Numbered from the stretch's first letter, positions 54,111 to 63,143 are shown. The stretch: 64,000 nt of DNA from an uncultured Gemmatimonadaceae bacterium (GCA_963716745.1 OY970320.1:2112001-2176000); one strand, 5' to 3'. A program made the numbers and translations. The notes: generated by a model not told the origin, from the sequence alone.

Positions 54111-55355
54111 TCACGCTCTGATCCCGGCCAGTTCCCTCAGTTTCTGGACGCCGGCCGCCGCTTCCTCCACCATCGCCGACGCGGGCGCCGGCACCGGCGC
54201 GCTGATCGGCACGCCGTCCTTCAAGTCCCCCAGCGCCTGCTCGGCGTGGAAGACGATCTGATTCAAGTGATGCTGCTGCGCGATCTCAAGCGCGCGCTCG
54301 AACGCCACGCGCGCTTGCTCCGGGCGGTCGAACATGCGGCAGCCCTGGCCCGCGTAGAAGAAATACCACGCTGAGAGCACCGGCGGCATCGGCGCGGTTG
54401 ACAGTTCACGGCGATACTGCTCGAAAACGGGCTCGAAGCGATCCGCGGCCGCGAGCTCCATGAGATTGATCGTCGCCTGCCATCGCGTGAATTGCTCCTG
54501 CGCCGTGGCCGCGAGCACGAGATTCGCATCGCGCGCCGCCGTGCGCAGTCCGATCTCGAAGAAGCTTGCCGCGAGGTCGGCCAGCACGCGGTCGCGTGAC
54601 GCGTCGCTGCGCACATCCTGCAGCGCCATGTATTGCATCGCGATCGCGGCGTCGTAGTCGCCGCGACGGTGCGCGGTGTGCGCGCGGTCCTGCAGCGCCA
54701 TCGCGCGAATCTCCATCATCCCGAGTTGCTCGGCGTCGAGGATCGTCTGGTCGAGGATCGACTCAGCCTCGGGGAGGTTGCCGCGGTCGGTGAGCACGTT
54801 CGCTTCGCCCATGCGCGCCTTGAGCATGCTCATGATGTCGCCGGTGAGCGCCGCCACTTCGCCGGCGCTGCCGTAGGCGGCCCACGCGTCGTCCCACCGC
54901 GCGAGCGTGCGCGAGCACGCGGCGATCATGAGATTCGCGTGGATCACTGAGTCGGCGTCGTTGAGCGGATGCGCGTGCGCGAGCACCGTGCGGTAGACAT
55001 CCGCGGCGAGCGCCCATTCGCCGTCCAGCTGCAGCGCGCGCGCGTACGCCATGAGGCGCGGCGTGACGATGCGCACGCTCGCGAACGCGCCGTCGGGATC
55101 CATCGCCTCGAGCACCTTGGCGAGCAGCGCGCGCCCGGTGGTGCCGGGCTCCATGGCGTCGACGGCCTCGCGTACCGCGCGCATGCCCCATGCGTCGGCC
55201 GCCGCGACGTCGGGCCCTTCCATCACCCAGGCATCGACGAGACGCAGCGTGACGAGTCCCGCGCTCACGGCGCGGAACGATGGGCTGCCCTCCTCGAGTT
55301 CGGCGAGGCGCTCGAAGTAGGGGAGATGAGAGAGCGGGATCCCGGAACGATTCAT
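54111..55355 (-). CDS. Cytoplasmic tetratricopeptide-repeat protein
   Basis: Helical repeats (GEWALAADVY, RGNLPEAESIL, RGDYDAAIA, RVAFERALEIA); no signal peptide or HTH seen; start at 55355 inferred. Confidence 0.8.
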   Translation of the reverse strand: MNRSGIPLSHLPYFERLAELEEGSPSFRAVSAGLVTLRLVDAWVMEGPDVAAADAWGMRAVREAVDAMEPGTTGRALLAKVLEAMDPDGAFASVRIVTPRLMAYARALQLDGEWALAADVYRTVLAHAHPLNDADSVIHANLMIAACSRTLARWDDAWAAYGSAGEVAALTGDIMSMLKARMGEANVLTDRGNLPEAESILDQTILDAEQLGMMEIRAMALQDRAHTAHRRGDYDAAIAMQYMALQDVRSDASRDRVLADLAASFFEIGLRTAARDANLVLAATAQEQFTRWQATINLMELAAADRFEPVFEQYRRELSTAPMPPVLSAWYFFYAGQGCRMFDRPEQARVAFERALEIAQQHHLNQIVFHAEQALGDLKDGVPISAPVPAPASAMVEEAAAGVQKLRELAGIRA

Positions 55356-55356
55356 G

Positions 55357-55428
55357 GAGCGCAAGCTTGGCACGGGCGACATCGCCATCAAGCTCGAATC
55401 AGGACATCCGGGGGACGAATTAGGACAT
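55357..55428 (-). promoter_or_regulatory. Putative activator-dependent promoter of the TPR gene
   Basis: Minus strand ATGTCCTAATTCG and ATGTCCTGATTCG are 21 bp apart; AAGCTTGCGCTC directly precedes C-ATG. Confidence 0.6.
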
Positions 55429-55431
55429 TTT

Positions 55432-55539
55432 AACTACGCGGGAAGCGGGAAGAGGGAAGCGCCGCGATGAGCGAGAACGAACGTCAACCCCACGCATCCC
55501 GCGCTCTCATCGCGGCGCTTCCCGCTTCCCGCTTCCCGC
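55432..55539. repeat. Heptamer-arm palindromic element (GCGGGAA family)
   Basis: AACTACGCGGGAAGCGGGAAGAGGGAAGCGCCGCGATGAG...CTCATCGCGGCGC(TTCCCGC)3. Confidence 0.9.
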
Positions 55540-56448
55540 ACTCACGTAGCGATCGCCTTTCTTATCCAGCTTGATCGATCTCCTTCTCAAGTTCATTCGC
55601 CCACACTTCCACGCGCGTGATGGAGTGCGGATCCCATTTCGGATCGAAGGGCGAGCTTGCGCGGGGCCACCGGCGACTTCGAGCACGGCGGCATAGTCGT
55701 ACGCGAGCACCTTGCCCGTCTTCGGGTTCTTCCATTCGCCCTTCCAGGCGAGCGACCGGTTCTTGGGCCAGGAGCCGAGGGGCAGGCAGAAGGTGAGCAC
55801 CTTGTTTCCAGGCACGGCCGAATCGATCGCGAGCTGGCCGCGCGCGATCTGCTCCTGCACCACCGCGTCGGAATATTTCCCGAGCTGCGCGTGCCAGAGG
55901 GTGTGATTGCACAACTCGAATCCGTGGTCGTACAGCCAACGCACCTTCTTGAATCGCCACGATGACTTCTGTCCTTCGACGCCGGTGTAGCCGAAGAAAT
56001 TGTGGCCGGCGTTCGCGCCGCTCAGCAGGCAGAAGGTGGCCTTGTTCCCCCAGTCAGGATGCGTCTTCTGGAACTCGATCCAGATGCCGATGGCGCTGGT
56101 GGAATCGATGACGAGCTCGCCATTGCGCTCGATGTACCGGAACTGCGATGGCGATGCATCGTCGAACGTGAAGACGACGGGCGAGAGTCCCGCCGGGAGG
56201 TCGATCTTCTTCGCGAGCAGGTCGGAGACGTTCACCGGCCGATACCCGCGATCGTACATGAACTGGAGATCGCGCTTGAAATGTTCGCGCGACACGGTGA
56301 ATCGGGCTTCGTAGGTGCCGATAACGTGGTACTCGAGGATCGGGATTCTTCCCATCTCATTCGGCGGGAGCTTCTGAACGGCGGGCTGTCGGCTGTCGGC
56401 TGTCGCGAGCACTACTACCAACGCTGCAGCAATGGACTTCCAGATCAC
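55507..56448 (-). CDS. Secreted polysaccharide deacetylase (CE4); compensating frameshifts near the C-terminus
   Basis: PILEYH, VFTFDD, NHTLWH; GTG start at 56448 inferred. Confidence 0.85.
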   Translation of the reverse strand: MIWKSIAAALVVVLATADSRQPAVQKLPPNEMGRIPILEYHVIGTYEARFTVSREHFKRDLQFMYDRGYRPVNVSDLLAKKIDLPAGLSPVVFTFDDASPSQFRYIERNGELVIDSTSAIGIWIEFQKTHPDWGNKATFCLLSGANAGHNFFGYTGVEGQKSSWRFKKVRWLYDHGFELCNHTLWHAQLGKYSDAVVQEQIARGQLAIDSAVPGNKVLTFCLPLGSWPKNRSLAWKGEWKNPKTGKVLAYDYAAVLEVAGGPAQARPSIRNGIRTPSRAWKCGRMNLRRRSIKLDKKGDRYVSAGSGKREAPR

Positions 56449-56549
56449 GTTCGGCTCCGAAATGAGATGAGGGCAGGGAATGTTCCCCGCCCTCAAATCT
56501 AAGCCGTTCGCCCGCGACAGCCGACAGCCGACAGTCCGCCGTTAGCAGT
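56377..56549. repeat. GCTGTCG-family inverted arms enclosing the deacetylase start
   Basis: AACGGCGGGCTGTCGGCTGTCGGCTGTCGCG pairs with CGCGACAGCCGACAGCCGACAGTCCGCCGTT. Confidence 0.85.
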
Positions 56550-57779
56550 CTACACGATGCCGACAGGCACTGGCGTGTAATCCGGGAACACCGTCGGGAG
56601 CGGAGTGGCGCCGAGGTGCCCGGTGAGCAGTTCATAGAACACCGAACGAAAATCCGTCGTGAGCGCGAGGTCTCGCCCCTCGTACAACTGCTCCTTCGCG
56701 AGCCCGGGCCACTTTCCGTGCACTTTGTGCCCCTTCACGTGGCCGCCCACGACGAACAACGCGCCGGCGTGGCCGTGATCGGTGCCGCCGTTCCCGTTCT
56801 GCCGCGCCATGCGGCCGAACTCGGACATCGACACGATCACAACGTCATCCATCTTGTCGCCAAGGTCGGCGACGAGCGCCGCGATCGCCTGCGCGAAATC
56901 GGTGAGCCGCCCGGCGAGCTGTCCCGTCGCCGCGCCCTGGTTCACATGCGTGTCCCACCCGCCCACATCGGCGAACGCGATCTCGAGCCCAACGTTGCTC
57001 TTGATGAGCTGCGCGATCTGCCGGAGGTTCTGCCCGAACGGCGACTTCGGATATTCCGCGCCGTGCTCGGGTGCGTAGCGCTGCGGATCCGCCGAGCGGA
57101 GCATCTTCACCGCGTCGAACGTCTCGGTGCCGGTGCCGTGGATGAGATCGGCGGAGCCGGTACGATAGAGCGCCTCGAGACGCTGCGCATCGTCGCCGGT
57201 AGCGCGCACGGTGAAATCGCTCACGCTCGACATCGCGATCGTGGCCGCGGGCCCTTGGAGGATGCGCGGCGTCTGTGGCGAGAAGGCCACCGCGCGGAAT
57301 GGCGACGTGTTCACCGCGCATTCCGCGCACGTGCCCTTGGCCGCGAGATACCGGTTGAGCCATCCGTCGCTCGTCGCTTTCACATCGGGCGTGCCCGTCT
57401 CCATGTAATCCTGCGCGTCGAAATGCGAGCGCGTATTGCTCGGACTGCCCACGGCGGTGACGGGCGCGAGCATGCCGTTCGCCCACAGCGGCTGCAGCGG
57501 CGCGAGTGCCGGGTGCAATCCAAAGAAGCCATCGAGATCGATCGTGGCGTTCGCCGCGATGCCGATGTTGGGCCGCAGCGCGTAGTACTCGCGCTCGCCA
57601 TGCGGTACGAGGATGTTCAGTCCGTCGGCGGCGCCGCGCTGGAAGAGACAGATCAGCACTTTGCCTTTCTTCGCTCCGCTGATCCCCTGCGCGAACACCG
57701 CACGACGGAGGAACGTCGGCGACAAGCCCATCGTCACGAGCGCGAGCGCGCCCGACCGCAAGAATACCCGTCGCCGCAT
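56550..57779 (-). CDS. DUF1501 protein with Tat-like signal
   Basis: MRRRVFLR, RGAADGL, RSHFDAQ, GGWDTH, SEFGR, GTDHG. Confidence 0.9.
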   Translation of the reverse strand: MRRRVFLRSGALALVTMGLSPTFLRRAVFAQGISGAKKGKVLICLFQRGAADGLNILVPHGEREYYALRPNIGIAANATIDLDGFFGLHPALAPLQPLWANGMLAPVTAVGSPSNTRSHFDAQDYMETGTPDVKATSDGWLNRYLAAKGTCAECAVNTSPFRAVAFSPQTPRILQGPAATIAMSSVSDFTVRATGDDAQRLEALYRTGSADLIHGTGTETFDAVKMLRSADPQRYAPEHGAEYPKSPFGQNLRQIAQLIKSNVGLEIAFADVGGWDTHVNQGAATGQLAGRLTDFAQAIAALVADLGDKMDDVVIVSMSEFGRMARQNGNGGTDHGHAGALFVVGGHVKGHKVHGKWPGLAKEQLYEGRDLALTTDFRSVFYELLTGHLGATPLPTVFPDYTPVPVGIV

Positions 57780-57790
57780 GATGCCCTCCT

Positions 57791-59837
57791 TCAGTATCGC
57801 TGGAATTCCGGCGCGCCGAGTGCGAGGCCGACGATCTGCGCGAACCCGGTGAGGTCCACCGGTCTCGCGAGCGGATCGCGGCCGCGTCCGACGCCCGTTT
57901 TCATCAACCCACCGCCGCCGCCCTTCGCGCCGGGTGCGCCCATGTCATCGCCGTTCCCCGCCGGCGCGGCCGCCATGCCATCGCCGGTCGACTGCGCGCC
58001 CATGCCGCGCATCGACGCGTCGACATCGGCGAGCGCTGCCAGCGAATCGGCGAGCGCCTCGGACACGCTATCGTGTTTCGGCGCACTCGCGAGCATCGGG
58101 TTCACGCCATTCATCAGGATGCCGCGGGTCTCGGGACCCGCTTCGCCCTGCAAAATGAGCGCGATCACGCCCTCCACCTGCTGCTCGTGCGACTCGCGCA
58201 TGAGCGCTTCACCCGGCGGCCAGTTCGCGAGCACGGCGCCCGGCACATGGCCGGCCGCGACGGCCAGGCCGAAATTGATGCGATTCAAGATCGCGCCCGT
58301 GTTGATCCAGCTGTCGCCCACGAGCGGGTATCCGTCGGGCGCTTGATGCAGATAGAGCGGCTCGCCCAGCCGCGCGATGATCTGCGCGGTGCGCGGCGTC
58401 GGATCGGGTGCGGCATCCACGGCGCGCAGCGCGCTCGCCACGAGCCGCAGCGGCGACTTCACCTTGGTGTGGTACGCCGCGCGCGAATAGAACTCGGGAC
58501 TCGTGAGGATCACGCGCAGCGTCTCACGGATGTCTCCGCCCGTCTCGGTGAACTTAGCCGCCGCGGCCTCCACCAACGCGGGCGGCGGCGTGTCGCTCAC
58601 GAACCGGATCGCCATTTCCCGCGCGATGTGCGTCGCGGTGTGCGGATCGTTGGCGAGGATGTCGAGCACATGCTCGCCATCCTCGAGCCCTTTGCCCGCC
58701 GGCAGATAGTGGCCGAGCACGACCTTCGATCCCGCATCGTGCCAATCGGGATGGAAGACGAACACGCCGACCTTCTGCGGCTTGTCGATCGACCATCCGG
58801 TGAATGCGCGCGCGACCTCGATCACATCTTCCTGCGTGTATCCGCCGTCCACGCCCAGCGTGTGAAGCTCCAGCAGCTCGCGCGCGTAGTTCTCATTGAG
58901 ACCGCGCGCCGGCGCCGCGCCGGGTGCGAATCGGCGCCGCGCGCGGCCGCGGGCGGCCGCGCCTGCGCACCGCCGCCGCGCTGACCGCCACCCATCCCGC
59001 CGCGCTGTCCGCCGCCCGCGCCGCCCGGGTAGGCGCCGCCGGCGCCGGGATGACCGCCTCCGGTACTGCGCCGCCTCCGCCCCCCGCCGCCGGCGCCGCC
59101 GCGAGGGTCGGTTCGTTCGCGTTCGCCCGGCTCTCCCAATTATCCAGATAGAAGAGCATGGCCGGACTCTGCGCCACCGCGCCGAGGAGACTGCGGAACT
59201 TGCCCAACGCATATGGACGGATCGCCATCCGCTCGTAGGCGGGCAGGTAGTACCGCTCCGGCCCCTTGCCCGCGAACACGTTGAAATGATTGAACCAGAA
59301 ATCCACCATCACTTCGTCCAGCTGCCGCTCGCTGATCAACGCTCGGCCGACCTTCGCCGCTTGCAGGTCGGTGAGCAGTTTGCGCGAGCGCTCCGCTTCC
59401 TTCTTCATCGCGGCCGAATCGGCGGCCGTCGGAGCGGCGCCCGCAGCCTTCTTCTCCTGGCCGGGCGTCGGGATCTCCGACAGCAGCGACGGGATGCTCG
59501 TAGTGAGCAGCGGGAATTGCGCGACGAACTGGTCGGCGGCCGGGTCATGGATGCGCGCGGGCTCGAGCTGCCGATACACCCAGCGGTCCACGCCCATCGC
59601 GCGCACAGTGTCGTACAGCCCCGGCCGCGGCCCCCACGTGAGCCGCTCGATCGCCTGCTTCACTTGCTCGTCGGCGTTGAGTTCGCGCGCCGCGATCTGG
59701 TCGGCCGACGGCAGCGCCACATGCACCGCCGCCTCCTCAGGCGCCGGCAATTCCGGCGCCGAAGCACTTTCCGGCGGCGGCGCGCTTGAGCAAGCGCCGA
59801 GCAAGGCCAATGCCGCGATTCCGAGGCGTGTCATCAT
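57791..59837 (-). CDS. DUF1800 lipoprotein; frameshift about 58900
   Basis: Lipobox LGAC; FWFNHFNV, MLFYLDN, NENYARELLELHTLG; paired with DUF1501. Confidence 0.9.
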
Positions 59838-59875
59838 CAGGTAAGACGAACGGGGAAGGAGTTCGTTAAGGACAG

Positions 59876-60225
59876 AACGGCGTGAGTCGTGAGCCGTGCG
59901 TCGTGAATGGCATGAAAACAAATGGCCGGCTGCAGGGAGGTAGATACCCCGCACCCGGCCATAGGTTGTTATGCCAGAAGGCCATAACGGCGTGAGTCGT
60001 GAGTCGTGCGTCGTGAAACGAATGACAACAAATGGCCGGCTGCAGGGAGGTAGATCCCCCGCACCCGGCCATTTGTTGTTATGCCAGAAGGCCATAACAG
60101 CGTGAGTCGTGAGTCGTGCGTCGTGAGAGGAATGAAAACAAATGGCCGGCTGCAGGGAGGTAGATCCCCCGCACCCGGCCATTTGTTGTTATGCAATTCA
60201 CGACGCACGACTCACGACTCACGCC
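59876..60225. repeat. Three tandem 110-bp units of a GTCGTGA-family palindromic element
   Basis: Units start at 59876, 59986 and 60096; only the last carries the closing arm TCACGACGCACGACTCACGACTCACGCC. Confidence 0.93.
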
Positions 60226-60228
60226 CTT

Positions 60229-60924
60229 TTATTCGTCCACTGTGTACCCCACTCCCCTGACAGTCTTAATCAGCGGCTGCCCCTTCGACTCCCCGAGTTT
60301 CTTTCGCAGATAATTGATGTACACATCCACGACATTCGTGAGTGGATCGAGCCGGTGCTTCCACACGTGCTCGCCGATCATCTCGCGCGACACCGCGCGG
60401 CCCGCGTTCCGAATCAGATACTCCAGCAGCAAGTACTCCTTCTGCGTGAGCGCGATCTCCTTGCCGCCGCGCTCCACGCGGCGCGTGATCGGATCGAGCG
60501 ATACGTCGCGCACGGTGAGTCGCGCGCTCGCGGTCGCGATCTGCGAGCGGCGCAGCAGCGCCTTCACGCGCGCGATCAGCTCCGCATGCTCGAACGGTTT
60601 GGGCAGATAGTCGTCGGCGCCGGCGTCCAGGCCGCTCACGCGGTCGGTGACGGTCCCGCGCGCCGTGAGCATCAGCATCGGCGCGAGGAATCCGCGGGCG
60701 CGCAGATCGCGTGCGACCGCGTGGCCGTCCTTGCCCGGCAGTCCGACGTCGAGGATCACGAGCTGCGGCGCGAAGTCCAGCGCCGTGGCCACGCCCTGCT
60801 CGCCGTCCTCGGCGCGGAGCACACGATAGCCCTCGGCTTCCAGGATGCGGCGGAGCACCGATTGCAGGTCGGTGTCATCTTCGACTACGAGTATGGCGGC
60901 GGCGCGCGCGGTGACTGGCGTCAT
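60229..60924 (-). CDS. OmpR/CusR-family response regulator
   Basis: ILVVEDD, LDVGLPG, GADDYLPKPF, NVVDVYINYLRKK, TVRGVGY. Confidence 0.93.
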   Translation of the reverse strand: MTPVTARAAAILVVEDDTDLQSVLRRILEAEGYRVLRAEDGEQGVATALDFAPQLVILDVGLPGKDGHAVARDLRARGFLAPMLMLTARGTVTDRVSGLDAGADDYLPKPFEHAELIARVKALLRRSQIATASARLTVRDVSLDPITRRVERGGKEIALTQKEYLLLEYLIRNAGRAVSREMIGEHVWKHRLDPLTNVVDVYINYLRKKLGESKGQPLIKTVRGVGYTVDE

Positions 60925-61002
60925 CGCGCATAACGATACGCCCCGTGAGCGCCACGGCAAGTCGGCCGTTGCGCCGCGAAGTGCCTCCGCTAGACTACGG
61001 GC

Positions 61003-61449
61003 GTGATCCGCCAGACGATCCGCGACGGAGCGAGAGCCGGCGCCGTGGCAGCCGCGGCGATCGCCGGCGCGCTCATCGCGCTCGGCCGCGCGCATGGCGC
61101 CGCGATGCAGCCCATGAATGCGATGTCGCACATCGCCGCCGGGAGCCGCGCCTACTATATGGAGCGGTTCGGTGCGCTCACGCTGGTGGCCATCCTCATA
61201 TTCGTCGCCGCGGTGATGGCGTGGGCGATCGCGCTCTCGTGGCTCACGCGCACACTGCGTGGACGCGCGCTGTTCGCAGCGGCGCTCGCGTTCGCCGGAG
61301 CGACGTGGTTCATCGACACGCAGTTCGCGTCGGAGAAGATCAGGCCCGGATTCGAAATGGCGCTGTCCGGCGCGGAGATCGCGTTCGTCTTCCTCATGCT
61401 GGGCGCGACCACGGGCTGGGCGCTCGATCGCGAGCGGAACAAAACGTGA
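61003..61449 (+). CDS. Hypothetical membrane protein
   Basis: 148-aa ORF with 4 hydrophobic segments. Confidence 0.6.
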   Translation: MIRQTIRDGARAGAVAAAAIAGALIALGRAHGAAMQPMNAMSHIAAGSRAYYMERFGALTLVAILIFVAAVMAWAIALSWLTRTLRGRALFAAALAFAGATWFIDTQFASEKIRPGFEMALSGAEIAFVFLMLGATTGWALDRERNKT

Positions 61450-61548
61450 CGCTTGCTCGCGACCTGCATAGGATTGGCACTTTGCGATTGGAACTCGGGA
61501 ACTAAGTTCACCGTCATGCATTCCAGTGGTGGACGCGCGCGATCCGTC

Positions 61549-61564
61549 TGGCACCGGACTTGCT
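61549..61564 (+). promoter_or_regulatory. Sigma-54 promoter
   Basis: TGGCACCGGACTTGCT matches TGGCAC-N5-TTGCW exactly, about 67 nt before ATG 61631. Confidence 0.75.
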
Positions 61565-61630
61565 CTTGAATGGAGCGACCGCGGTCGAGCCTCACTGAAC
61601 GAATGCGCCGCGTTAACAAGGAGGGTGTGA

Positions 61631-62146
61631 ATGGACTTTCTTGTCATGCTGGAGGACCCCGTGGAGAGCGCGCCGCTCGCGCGGGTGGATTCGGTTCCCG
61701 AAGGTGAAGCCTCGTCGTCGCCGGTACGGGACGTGGTGACACTGTACGGGACGCCAAGAGTAGAATCGCTGGCGCTCGCGCTGGCGGCCGCGGTGGAGAG
61801 TCACCGCGTTGACAACGCGAGCAGTTCGGCGATGCATTTGGGGCTATGGCCGGAGCGGGGCGCAGTGGGCGACACGGCGTTCCGCGACAGCACCACCGGC
61901 GAGCTGGTCACGCGGGATCTCTTGATCCCGTTGGACGTGCTCACGGCGACGGCCGATCAGTTGCTCGTGGAGTTCGGGGCGTTGCTGCGAAAGCTCGTCG
62001 CCGGGCTCGCGATGCCGGACTGGCCCGAGGGAGCGTGGCGTGCGATCTCCCTCACCCTTCCGCGACCGGTGTTGGCCGGCGCAGAAGTCGCACTCGATGA
62101 TATGCGGCAGGCAGACCAGTTCACCTTTGAATACGAGGACGACTAG
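61631..62146 (+). CDS. Hypothetical acidic protein
   Basis: RBS AAGGAGG, sigma-54 promoter and terminator frame a 171-aa ORF. Confidence 0.7.
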   Translation: MDFLVMLEDPVESAPLARVDSVPEGEASSSPVRDVVTLYGTPRVESLALALAAAVESHRVDNASSSAMHLGLWPERGAVGDTAFRDSTTGELVTRDLLIPLDVLTATADQLLVEFGALLRKLVAGLAMPDWPEGAWRAISLTLPRPVLAGAEVALDDMRQADQFTFEYEDD

Positions 62147-62182
62147 CGAGTCATTCCGCGTCAGAGTGTGTCATGTAGTGTC

Positions 62183-62217
62183 CGCGGGGGGCGTCGAGAC
62201 TGACGCCCCCCGCGTTT
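62183..62217 (+). terminator. Intrinsic terminator
   Basis: CGCGGGGGGCGTC-GAGACT-GACGCCCCCCGCG-TTT. Confidence 0.75.
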
Positions 62218-62220
62218 CAT

Positions 62221-62325
62221 CTGAACTACCGGGAACCGGTTGCCGGGAACCGGTATGGCATGAAAACGCATGACATGTGTTGTCATGCCTCACCGGTTCC
62301 CGGTAATCGGTTCCCGGTGGTTCAG
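62221..62325. mobile_element. Empty (MITE-like) copy of the four-helix-bundle cassette
   Basis: Arms near-identical to 21800-21846 and 22319-22362, separated by only about 11 nt. Confidence 0.8.
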
Positions 62326-62402
62326 GAGGACTGTGCAATTGCCCACGTGCCGGTCGTCAAATGAGAACGCAGTGAATCGCGCATTCTCGCAGTAACTCGG
62401 AG

Positions 62403-63110
62403 GTGTTCATGTTCCGCCACGCACTCGCAGCACTCCTGTTCGCCGGCGCGGTCTCCGCGCAGGCCGCGACTCCCACTGTGATCAGCGTCGGCAGTCGTGC
62501 CGAGGTGCGCATCCCGGCGGACCACGCGACGCTGGTGGTCGCCGTCGAGACGCGCGCCGCCACCGCGGCCGCCGCGGGGAGTGAGAATGCGCGCATCAGC
62601 AATGCCGTGCTCGCGGCGCTCAAGGGCGGGGGGGTGGAACAATCGCAGATCGGCAGCGCCGGCTACATCGTGCGACAGAACTGGCGCTACAGCTCCACCG
62701 ATCGCCAGCAGAAACTCGACGGCTATATCGCCGAGAACTCGATCCGCATCGAGATCACCAAGCTCGACCGCATTGGCTCGTACATCGACAGTTCACTTGC
62801 CGCGGGCGCGACGCGCGCGAGTGATCTGACTTTCAGCGCGACCGCGAGCGAACAGGCGCGTCACACTGCACTCGCGAATGCGATGGCGATCGCGCGCGGC
62901 GACGCCGCCGTGATGGCGAAGTCGGCGGGAGGCTCGCTCGGAAAGCTCCTCAATGCGAGCAGCCAAACGATGACCCCGATGCCCCAGATGCGCATGTCGA
63001 TGGCCGCGGCCGCACCAATGCAGGAGCAGAGCGAATCCACTCCGATCCTGCCCCGCGAGATCCTCGTGACCGCGACGGTATCGACCCGCTGGCAGGTCGA
63101 TTTCCCGTAG
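62403..63110 (+). CDS. SIMPL/DUF541 domain protein
   Basis: Signal peptide; ISVGSRAEVRIPAD, GYIAENSI, VTATVSTRW. Confidence 0.85.
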   Translation: MFMFRHALAALLFAGAVSAQAATPTVISVGSRAEVRIPADHATLVVAVETRAATAAAAGSENARISNAVLAALKGGGVEQSQIGSAGYIVRQNWRYSSTDRQQKLDGYIAENSIRIEITKLDRIGSYIDSSLAAGATRASDLTFSATASEQARHTALANAMAIARGDAAVMAKSAGGSLGKLLNASSQTMTPMPQMRMSMAAAAPMQEQSESTPILPREILVTATVSTRWQVDFP

Positions 63111-63143
63111 TTGTCGTCGGCCCCGCGCGAAAAACGGGTTGAG

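Noticed and set aside
58896..59110. Novel GC-rich repeat or Arg-rich ORFs
   Set aside because: This is a low-complexity linker inside DUF1800. The many long antisense Arg/Ala-rich ORFs across the window are shadows of high-GC coding sequence.
59876..60225. CRISPR array
   Set aside because: The whole 110-bp unit is repeated, so there are no variable spacers.
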